This document shows positions 1 to 7,454 of a DNA stretch of 64,000 nt, piece by piece. The notes beneath the pieces were generated by a model. It saw only the letters and a program-made list of their open reading frames with translations. It did no database searches and was not told the origin of the DNA. The position numbers were made by a program, and so were the translations under genes. Origin of the DNA: an uncultured Bacteroidales bacterium. GTDB taxonomy: Bacteria > Bacteroidota > Bacteroidia > Bacteroidales > WCHB1-69. The stretch is from positions 82 through 64,081 of the forward strand of contig CAJOKR010000013.1 of assembly GCA_905235135.1 (NCBI GenBank). The letters run 5' to 3'. Position 1 is the first letter of the stretch; each line of letters starts with the position of its first letter.

Positions 1-192
1 TTGAATGAAACTATAGCGTTTTTTATTAAAAACAATGTAATTATTTTTGAATCAGACATAATTATAGAAAGATGCAGCGTTGCATTGTATTTTGAGAATA
101 CAGGATGGACGTTCTCTGCAAATCATAGTGAACTATTAAAGTTATTTTCCTCATTTAGTCCGGTTTATATTCCTGTTATCTTTAAAAGGTAA
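1..192 (+). CDS. hypothetical protein, 5'-partial (open from window edge)
   Basis: Frame open from base 1 to TAA 190-192. Strongly AT-rich block unlike the GC-rich phage genes to the right. No recognisable motif. Confidence 0.25.
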   Translation: MNETIAFFIKNNVIIFESDIIIERCSVALYFENTGWTFSANHSELLKLFSSFSPVYIPVIFKR

Positions 193-267
193 ATTATAAA
201 TCACGAGTTTTATAATTCTATCACCGTCCCTATTAATATTAAACCTTTGAAGCACCGCAAACTCAAC

Positions 268-307
268 GTTTATGGCAAAGAGCAGCACCCGCAGGGTAGC
301 CATCTAC
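268..307 (+). repeat. 40-nt direct repeat, copy 1 (tape-measure 5'-end-like, GTTT ATG GCA AAG AGC...)
   Basis: Identical to 615-654 except 2 mismatches (283 c/t, 299 g/a). Followed by a tandem duplication of CCATCTA (300-306, 307-313). Confidence 0.8.
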
Positions 308-525
308 CATCTACGGCAAGGAGATAGAAGCCTCCGTCAAGTAAATACGTTCCGATTGGAAGGGATTATGTCAAATACGTTTTCTCTTCCATTTTTATGT
401 ATGATGTTGGTAATTTTTGAGTCCCATTACTCTCTTCTTTTGGGCGACCGGGCACGCTATCCATTCAAACTTCGCGGCAGACCGCTCGTAACCATTCCTA
501 TCGTTGTCGCGGACATCAAGGAAAC

Positions 526-558
526 AAAACCGCAGTCAATCAGCACGACTGCGGTTTT
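526..558 (+). terminator. stem-loop, rho-independent terminator-like
   Basis: AAAACCGCAGTC (526-537) pairs with GACTGCGGTTTT (547-558), loop AATCAGCAC. A-tract and T-tract flanks allow bidirectional use. Confidence 0.5.
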
Positions 559-614
559 CTTATGCCGTCCCATACCGTGACGGACGTTTGAAGCATCTTT
601 GCCACAAACAACAA

Positions 615-654
615 GTTTATGGCAAAGAGTAGCACCCGCAGGGTAACCATCTAC
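615..654 (+). repeat. 40-nt direct repeat, copy 2 (putative tape-measure start, ATG at 619)
   Basis: Matches 268-307. Reads MAKSSTRRVTIYI, then runs into the heptamer array at 659. Confidence 0.8.
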
Positions 655-658
655 ATCC

Positions 659-773
659 AATTAGGAATTGGGAATGAGGAATTAGGAATGCTGGAAAACC
701 GAAACGTTTTGCGCAAAACGTTTCGATTCCCGAAATAATCACTCATTACTCATTACAAATTGCTAATTGAATT
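659..773. repeat. cargo-less heptamer-array hairpin element with central perfect palindrome
   Basis: Left arm 659-690 is AATTAGG AATTGGG AATGAGG AATTAGG AATG. Right arm 737-771 reverse-complements to AATTAGC AATTTGT AATGAGT AATGAGT. A perfect 26-bp palindrome CGAAACGTTTTGCGCAAAACGTTTCG lies at 700-725. Confidence 0.75.
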
Positions 774-832
774 CCGCCTCCGCATGGTCGGAAATGTACA
801 ACAAGGTGCTACAGTTCGGCACGGGCGTATTC

Positions 833-1301
833 AATTAGGAATTGGGAATGAGGAATTAGGAATTGTCGGGAAGCCGTTTCTGAGTGCCGTCTTTTGTGGA
901 TTTGGTTATGGAAGAAAGCATCCTTATAAGTTCACGGCAGTCGGCAACAATGCTTTCAAAATGTGAAGATTCAATCTTCCCGCTCTCGTGAAGCAGTTCC
1001 AGCCAATACTCCGTTTCAACGGCCTCCTTGAATGCGATGTACATCTTGGCGAGGAAGTCGCTCCGGCTTTGCGCGGCCGTCGCTTCCCGCACATTCGCCC
1101 CGACGCTCGTTCCGCTTCTCGACACCTGATCTGCCAAGGTGAACAGTTTCTTTGTGACGAGATAATCATTCAACTTTATGATTCTCAAAGCAAAAGCCTT
1201 GCTTTTCACTACAATGGGATTGTCTTCGTTCATGGTTCAAAAATTTCCTGCGAAAGTACGATTTTTTTTAATTCCTAATTGCTAACTCCTAATTCCTAAT
1301 T
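833..1301 (-). mobile_element. IVS-like cassette: four-helix-bundle gene bracketed by inverted heptamer arrays
   Basis: Arrays 833-865 and 1270-1301 are inverted and both termini read AATTAGGAATT. 31 nt of 833-863 are identical to 659-689. Deleting these 469 nt joins the flanking ORF pieces in phase. Confidence 0.35.
856..1233 (-). CDS. four-helix-bundle protein (23S rRNA intervening-sequence protein / Avd family)
   Basis: 125 aa. Family-typical motifs QVSRSGTSVGANVREA and SRSDFLAKMYIAFKEAVETEYWLELL. The stop codon lies inside array 833-865. Confidence 0.85.
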   Translation of the reverse strand: MNEDNPIVVKSKAFALRIIKLNDYLVTKKLFTLADQVSRSGTSVGANVREATAAQSRSDFLAKMYIAFKEAVETEYWLELLHESGKIESSHFESIVADCRELIRMLSSITKSTKDGTQKRLPDNS

Positions 1302-1358
1302 GAACTGGGTTCCGCCGTCAACGAGCTGGGCAAGACCAGCACGGCCAACGAGCAGTAC

Positions 1359-4300
1359 ATGGTCAACTTCACGGGGCGGCTGGGCGGCATCGCCGTGCAG
1401 GCCGGACTCGCCGCCGACCAGATACTCGGCTTCGCCTCGGCTTTAGACCAGGATATGCAAAAGGTTGAGATGTCGGCCACGGCGTTCCAAAAGCTCATCC
1501 AAAAGGTCATATCCAAGCCCGCCGAGTTCGCCAAGATTGCCGGAATGGAACTCGGCAAGTTCAAGCAGCTCATGGAGACCGACATGAACGAGGCCCTGAA
1601 GAAAGTCCTCAAGGGCTTCTCCGGCGCGGGCGGCTTTGACAAGCTGCTGCCCATCTTCCAAGACCTTGGGCTTGACGGGGCAAGAGCCGCAGCGGCCATC
1701 TCATCCATGGCCAACAGCCTTGACAAGGTGGAGGCGGCACAGGCCATTGCCAACAAGGCCATGCTGGAGGGCGTGTCCTGCTACGAGGAGTTTTCCGTCA
1801 AGAACAACAACATGCAGGCCAACTTGGAGAAAGCCCGCAAGAAGTTCCAGGACACACGCCTCGAACTGGGGCAAAAGCTGTACCCAATATTGCTGAAGCT
1901 GACCAAGACCAGCACGGCGGGCATCAAGGCCATATCCACTGCCACCTCGTGGATAAGCAAGAACAAGGGCATGGTGCTGGCCATCATCGCGCCGCTCACT
2001 TTGTACATCGCCAAAGTGACGCTGCTGAAGACCCGTCTGTTGCTGCTCACTGCTGCAGAAAAAGCCGGAGTGGTCATCAAAGCCGCCTACAAGACGGCGG
2101 TCTATGCGGTGGCCGCAGTGCAGGCGAAGATGGCTGGCAACACCGAAAGGGCGGCAGCGGCGGTCAGAAAGATGAACGCATCGGCCAACGCCGTGCCGTG
2201 GGTGGCACTGGCCACCGCCATCGTAGCGGCAGGCACGGCCATCTACAAGCTGGCCACCCGCACCACGGCGGCGCAGAAGGCCATGAAGGACTTCCACGAG
2301 CGCACCGCCGAGCAGAAAGCGGAGGCCGACAGACTCTTCGGCGCACTTCGGGAACTGCGCAAGGGCACTGACGAATACAACAAGGTGCAGAAGAAAATCA
2401 TAGAGAACTATCCCACGATACTCCAGGACCAGCTGGACGAGAAGGGGAACATCCTCGACATCGAGCAGGCCTACAACAAGGTCATCACCGCCATGAAGCG
2501 CAAGATAGCCCTTGACATCCAGCAGGAGCAGATAACGGAGATAATGAAAAAGGAGATGGACAGACTGGGCACCTCGCTCAAACACCTATCGCCGGAAATC
2601 GGCGGCAAGGCGGTGGAGCTGGCCGAGAGCGGTCTTACCTCCGAGACCATCATCCGCTCCCTCAACCGCTACCTGCTCAAGGACAGAAAGCTGAACGACA
2701 AGGAGGAGTTTTGGATCCGCAACGTCACCAAGATTGTGCAAGAGGAGCAGGCCAAGATTGAGAAGGTGAAGCAGAACCTCGCCCCGTGGATCGGCGACCA
2801 GCTGGACGCGGTGGTCGCCGACATCGAGCAGGAAACCGCTGGCGGCAACGGCGGTGGCGGCGGAGGCATGGAATCCGCCGAGGATGTCGCCACCAAGAAG
2901 CTGACCGAATGGGAGAACCTCCAAAAGGAGGTCAGGAAGCTGTTCCAAAAGGACGAACTCATCGGGCTGGACAAAGTAGCCGCCGACAAGGAGAAAATCC
3001 GGCAGGAGTACGGCGACCTTGTGGAGCGCATCGAGGCCTTCACCGACAGCAAGGGGCAGGCGGCCAAAGACCTCGCAGACCAGGTGCGGCAGTACATGGC
3101 CAACGCCATAAACGAGATTGACCGCGCCGCCCGTGCCGAACAGATGAAGAAAGTCACGCAGCAGTACGAGAAACTGTGCGAGCAGTTCCAGACCCTCAAG
3201 GAGAAACTCGGGCAGAACCTCACCGACAGCTACTCGGCGGAACTGCTGCAGGTGGAGCAGAGGTGGAAAGCCACCATCGCGGAGATTGACCGCTCCATCG
3301 CCTACTACGAGAACAAGAGCAAGGAGGAGTACAATCCCGAAACGGGGACAGGCCTCAACGAAGACGAGCTGAGACTGCTTGAAGACCTGCTCGAACAGAA
3401 GCGGCAGGCCATAGCCCTCGAAGCGCAGGAGGAACTCTCCATCGTGCAGCGTGCCGAAGCCGACATCACCGAAGCGCTGATGACGGAGACGGAGAAGCGC
3501 ATCGCGGCGGTGAAAAAGGAGTACCAGGCGAAAATCTCCGCCGCCCAGTCCGCCATCGCCAAGCTCAAGGCATTGGGCGAGCAGGAGAAGCAAGACCGCA
3601 TCCGGCAGCTTGAGGAGCAGATAAAAGCCCTCAAGGAGAAGATGAACGAGGAGACCGCCGCGATTGAGAAGTCCTCCCAAAAGGGAAAGGCCACCACGGG
3701 CATCGGCAAGCTTCTCGACATCGATTGGAAGAACTTCAAGAAGGACTGGGAGAAGAACCTGTCGGACATCGCCGACGTGATAAAGGACTTCGCCGACACC
3801 GCCATGCAGCTCTTCGAATCCATCAACCAACTACAGAGCAACAAGGAAAAAGCCGCCCTCAACGAGTACAAGAAAGGCTATGACGAGCGGAAGAAGAAAT
3901 TAGACTGGCAATTAGAGCAGGGCATCATCTCGCAGGAGTACTACAACGCGCAGGTGGAGCAACTGGACAAGGAGCGCGACGCCAAGGAAAAGCAGCTGGA
4001 AATAGAGCAGTTCCGCAGGGAGAAGAAAGCGGCCATCGCGGAGGCCATAATCTCCGGCATCGTAGCCGCCGTGAAGAGCTTCGAGAACGGCGGCGGCTTC
4101 CCGTGGGGTCTCATCTCCATGGCACTCTCCCTCGCCGCCACGGGCGTGCAGGTCGCCGCCATCGCCTCGCAGCCGGAACCCTACGCCAAGGGCGGCTACA
4201 TCGAGCGGGAGAAGAACATCGTGGCAGGGGAGCGCGGCAGGGAGTGGATAGCCTCAAACGAGCTGGTGACAGCCCCCGAGACAAAGCCCGTCATCGAAGC

Positions 4301-4625
4301 CCTTGAGGAATACCGCAAGGGCAACAAAGCCCCGCTGCGGGAGATTGAAATGGCGGTTCCCGACAGCCGCAGCGTGTCCCAGGCGGCCACCGCCATTAGC
4401 CGTACATTTGCCCCCGAAAGAACAGAGAGAGCCGTCACCAGCAACCACTACCACACCGCGCAGGCGGATGACGGGACGATGGGCAGGATGCTGGAGGAGC
4501 TGACCGCGCTGCGCCAGTACATGAGCGACCCGAAGAACAGGCAGGCGGTCATCAGCCGGGAACTCCAGCTTGAGTTCGAGCAGCAGGAGAGCTTCCTCCG
4601 CAGGGCGGCTTCGCTAAAACAGTAG
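1359..4625 (+). CDS. phage tail tape-measure protein, 5'-disrupted
   Basis: 1088-aa ORF. The N-terminal part (FTGRLGGIAVQAGLAADQILGFASALDQ...MSATAFQKLI) resembles the TP901-type tape-measure core. Also has a hydrophobic Ala-rich stretch, a Gly run and long Glu/Lys/Ala coiled coil. Frame is open upstream to 1293 with no credible start. Confidence 0.8.
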   Translation: MVNFTGRLGGIAVQAGLAADQILGFASALDQDMQKVEMSATAFQKLIQKVISKPAEFAKIAGMELGKFKQLMETDMNEALKKVLKGFSGAGGFDKLLPIFQDLGLDGARAAAAISSMANSLDKVEAAQAIANKAMLEGVSCYEEFSVKNNNMQANLEKARKKFQDTRLELGQKLYPILLKLTKTSTAGIKAISTATSWISKNKGMVLAIIAPLTLYIAKVTLLKTRLLLLTAAEKAGVVIKAAYKTAVYAVAAVQAKMAGNTERAAAAVRKMNASANAVPWVALATAIVAAGTAIYKLATRTTAAQKAMKDFHERTAEQKAEADRLFGALRELRKGTDEYNKVQKKIIENYPTILQDQLDEKGNILDIEQAYNKVITAMKRKIALDIQQEQITEIMKKEMDRLGTSLKHLSPEIGGKAVELAESGLTSETIIRSLNRYLLKDRKLNDKEEFWIRNVTKIVQEEQAKIEKVKQNLAPWIGDQLDAVVADIEQETAGGNGGGGGGMESAEDVATKKLTEWENLQKEVRKLFQKDELIGLDKVAADKEKIRQEYGDLVERIEAFTDSKGQAAKDLADQVRQYMANAINEIDRAARAEQMKKVTQQYEKLCEQFQTLKEKLGQNLTDSYSAELLQVEQRWKATIAEIDRSIAYYENKSKEEYNPETGTGLNEDELRLLEDLLEQKRQAIALEAQEELSIVQRAEADITEALMTETEKRIAAVKKEYQAKISAAQSAIAKLKALGEQEKQDRIRQLEEQIKALKEKMNEETAAIEKSSQKGKATTGIGKLLDIDWKNFKKDWEKNLSDIADVIKDFADTAMQLFESINQLQSNKEKAALNEYKKGYDERKKKLDWQLEQGIISQEYYNAQVEQLDKERDAKEKQLEIEQFRREKKAAIAEAIISGIVAAVKSFENGGGFPWGLISMALSLAATGVQVAAIASQPEPYAKGGYIEREKNIVAGERGREWIASNELVTAPETKPVIEALEEYRKGNKAPLREIEMAVPDSRSVSQAATAISRTFAPERTERAVTSNHYHTAQADDGTMGRMLEELTALRQYMSDPKNRQAVISRELQLEFEQQESFLRRAASLKQ

Positions 4626-4628
4626 GCA

Positions 4629-6272
4629 ATGGCAGTAACGATAAGAGAACAACCACACCCCCTTGACTTCGCAGGAAACCGCCCGCGCTTCCTGCTGAAG
4701 GGCACACCCGTCGCCACCGCCGGAAGCAAGAGCCGGAGCGCGTGGCGCGTGACCGCGCTGCCGTCCTCCGTGCTGACAGTCGGCTTCGGCGACACCGTCC
4801 TTGACTTCCAGATCACCTCGCCGTACCAGGCACGCGACAGGGCGGACAGGATAGCGGGCTACACCGACGCTTCCATGCTGAAAAAGGAGCTTCAGAGCAA
4901 GATAGCCGAGCATTACACCATTTCCCGCCACTACGATGTGACGTTGGCGGACGATCTCACCCTCACGTTCCTCTCCAAGGAGTACGGCGGCGAGGTCGTG
5001 ACCGTTGACGGCAACGGCAGCGGCAACATCGAGCAGGTGGGGCAAGTCCTGGGCGTGGCAAGGGTGCAACGTCCCAACTACGGCGTTTTGGCGTGGCTTG
5101 AAGTGACGCGCTACAACAGCGGTGCGGTGCAGGAACTGGCCACACCCGAAATGATCCTGCACCTTGACACGGACAACCTCGTGGAGCTGCCCCTTGAAAT
5201 CCTGCGTTCCTATTTCGCGGCCACTGACGTTCCAAACCTTACGGAGACATTCAACGCCTACCCGCTGCTGTACGCCACTCTCAAATACCGCCTCGCCTAC
5301 ACGGACATATCTGGGGAGGTGCCGCAGGCGGGAGTGGTGAAGCGGTCGCAGGAGTTCATCCTTGCCGCAGGCGGGCTTGATGACCGCCACCACGTCCTCA
5401 ACCTCGCCGACTGGCAGACCGCGATGGGCGCAGGGGCGACCCTTTCCGAACACGTTGCCGTCCGCAACTTCGGTTGTCCCACAGGGCTGACGGTGCGCAC
5501 CTACGCCTCGTTGCCACAATACGCCTACTTCCTGCTCTTCAACATATACCAGGACACCGCCCACACAAGAAGCCTCGTGGTGAAGGTTGACGTGCGGCTG
5601 AAAGACGGCCACACCTTTTCCCTCGACATGGGAACGGTCACGGTGCAGAACTTCAACATTGTGAGAGTGCCTTTGTCCGCCGCCGCCCTCGGAATCCCGT
5701 CAGCAGGGGACGTGCTTTCCTACACCGTCATTGCGGGAAACAACAAGGGCGAGACCTGGACACGCACATTCGTGCTGGAAAGAAAGCCCTACAACGCACA
5801 GGAGTTCCTGCTTCAGAACCGCTACGGGCTTTTGGAGACCCTCTCCACGGACTCTTCAGCCGTGGAGGAGCATACGGACGGCAGCGACACGGTGAAGAAC
5901 GGCGTTGTCGGCGTGGACATCACCGACACGGCCACCGTCCACACGGCACGGACGGGCTACAAGAACGAGCGAGAAATCAGGTTGGTGGCCGAGGCGATGA
6001 GAAACCGATTCAACTTCCGCTATGTTGACGGAAGAGCCGTGCCCATTGCGATACTTCCCGACACGCTCACCGTGACCGACACCGCCGAAGACCTCATTTC
6101 CGCCGAGTTCCAATACCGCTTCAACAAACCTTCCACGGCCAAGGCGGGCAACCTGCCCGTTGATCCGGGAACGGTGGAACGGTGGGACGACGACCTTATA
6201 TGGCGGGATGACCTGCAACGTGCAGGTGTCCGGCAGAACGAGATAGCAAACCAATACAACCTCACAAGATGA
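4629..6272 (+). CDS. phage tail-associated structural protein (function unknown)
   Basis: 547-aa ORF starting 4 nt after the tape-measure stop, with the same codon bias. Position is typical of distal-tail or tail-tip genes. No motif recognised. Confidence 0.6.
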   Translation: MAVTIREQPHPLDFAGNRPRFLLKGTPVATAGSKSRSAWRVTALPSSVLTVGFGDTVLDFQITSPYQARDRADRIAGYTDASMLKKELQSKIAEHYTISRHYDVTLADDLTLTFLSKEYGGEVVTVDGNGSGNIEQVGQVLGVARVQRPNYGVLAWLEVTRYNSGAVQELATPEMILHLDTDNLVELPLEILRSYFAATDVPNLTETFNAYPLLYATLKYRLAYTDISGEVPQAGVVKRSQEFILAAGGLDDRHHVLNLADWQTAMGAGATLSEHVAVRNFGCPTGLTVRTYASLPQYAYFLLFNIYQDTAHTRSLVVKVDVRLKDGHTFSLDMGTVTVQNFNIVRVPLSAAALGIPSAGDVLSYTVIAGNNKGETWTRTFVLERKPYNAQEFLLQNRYGLLETLSTDSSAVEEHTDGSDTVKNGVVGVDITDTATVHTARTGYKNEREIRLVAEAMRNRFNFRYVDGRAVPIAILPDTLTVTDTAEDLISAEFQYRFNKPSTAKAGNLPVDPGTVERWDDDLIWRDDLQRAGVRQNEIANQYNLTR

Positions 6273-6727
6273 TAGAGACAATCAGCAACGGAATGGATCT
6301 CGCCCGCGTGCGCGAAATCCTCAACAGACTCATTGAGCGTGTCAACGAGCTGGAACGTGTCACCAACAGCTATGACGACCTGGAGAACCGTCCTGCCATT
6401 AACGGAGTGACGCTCACCTCGCAGACTTCGGTGCAGGACTTGCAGATTCCCGCATCCTCGCTGGTGGGCTACAGCGACCTCATTGCACAGGCGCAGCAGG
6501 CGGCGGCGCAGACCGCCGAAAGCACGGCGCAGACCACAGCCCGCGCCAAGCTGGACGGCGACCTCACCAAGCTGCAGCCGAGAGAGTACGAGTTGGCCAC
6601 CTCCATGCTCGTTGTCATCGGCGACGACAAGGGCAACGCCTACAAGACCACCTTGGGCGACCTCATAGACTACCTCAAGCACGAGGTGCTGAAGCTCAAC
6701 GACCAATATCTGCGCGTTATCAAGTAA
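6269..6727 (+). CDS. phage hypothetical protein
   Basis: 152-aa ORF with ATGA start/stop overlap to the upstream gene. Lies in the tail module. Confidence 0.55.
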   Translation: MIETISNGMDLARVREILNRLIERVNELERVTNSYDDLENRPAINGVTLTSQTSVQDLQIPASSLVGYSDLIAQAQQAAAQTAESTAQTTARAKLDGDLTKLQPREYELATSMLVVIGDDKGNAYKTTLGDLIDYLKHEVLKLNDQYLRVIK

Positions 6728-6761
6728 TACCAACCAACAACTCACTTAAACTCAAACCACT

Positions 6762-7454
6762 ATGGGACAGATCATCAAATACCAACAGGAGGCCTTCAAC
6801 GGCCAGCTCGTGAACGGCTCGCCCGACTACGACATTCTCTATCCGAAGACCAGCGCCGACCAAGTGGAAGGCCTTGCCGCCCTCATCCAGTCACAGCTTC
6901 CGGCTATGACTGACACCAAGGTGCAGTCCATCACGCTGACGGACGGCACGGATTCCGCAGGTCCGAAAATCACCGTCACGCTCACGGACGGAACATCAGT
7001 GACGAGCACGACAATCAACCTCGCCTCGACCTCCAAACACGGCGTGACCAAGCTGACCAGTGCTGTGAACAGTTCCTCCGAAGTGCTGGCGGCAACCGCC
7101 AAAGCGGTCAAGACCGCCTACGATTTGGCGAACACCGCCAACACGACCGCCAATGGAAACGCCTCAGACCTTGCCGGCCTCCACAGCAACCTTGAGGACA
7201 AGTGCCTCAAAGTGGTGACCTACAACGACCTGAACATTCTCAAGAAAGCTGTTTCCCTCACCCTTGACGATAAAATCAAAGCCAGTAACTTGGTCAATGT
7301 CATCGCATTCAATGTGGCTAAAGACACCAATGCAGTGACTATTGTCAACGAGGGTGTGACGTTCGGCATTATAAGCGGAAAGCTGCAGGTCAACAGCACC
7401 GCCATTACGGTGCATCGCGTGAAAGTCGTTTACGAGTACTCATTCGCAAAATAA
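6762..7454 (+). CDS. phage tail fibre-like protein
   Basis: 230 aa. The motif SKHGVTKLTSAVNSSSEVLAATAKAVKTAYDLAN resembles a segment conserved in many tail fibre proteins. Confidence 0.55.
   Translation: MGQIIKYQQEAFNGQLVNGSPDYDILYPKTSADQVEGLAALIQSQLPAMTDTKVQSITLTDGTDSAGPKITVTLTDGTSVTSTTINLASTSKHGVTKLTSAVNSSSEVLAATAKAVKTAYDLANTANTTANGNASDLAGLHSNLEDKCLKVVTYNDLNILKKAVSLTLDDKIKASNLVNVIAFNVAKDTNAVTIVNEGVTFGIISGKLQVNSTAITVHRVKVVYEYSFAK

Noticed and set aside
272-580. 102-aa ORF 272..580 as a real gene
   Set aside because: It begins with the duplicated tape-measure start followed by a frameshifting 7-nt duplication. The rest crosses AT-rich DNA and a terminator hairpin with no coding character.
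856-1233. Presence of an rRNA operon, inferred from the family name 23S rRNA intervening-sequence protein
   Set aside because: No rRNA-like sequence occurs anywhere in the window. The name reflects where the family was first seen.
833-1301. Diversity-generating retroelement, suggested by an Avd-family gene next to phage tail and fibre genes
   Set aside because: No reverse transcriptase ORF appears on either strand of the window. No template/variable repeat pair of about 100 nt with adenine-specific differences was found. The only nearby repeat (268-307 / 615-654) is 40 nt, with c/t and g/a differences.
1289-4816. Long antisense and off-frame ORFs inside the tape-measure gene (e.g. 1701..2585-, 2586..3830-, 2669..3223-, 3305..3871-)
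   Set aside because: They have low-complexity, Leu/Arg/Gly-rich translations typical of shadow ORFs opposite GC-rich coding sequence. They overlap a strongly supported gene.
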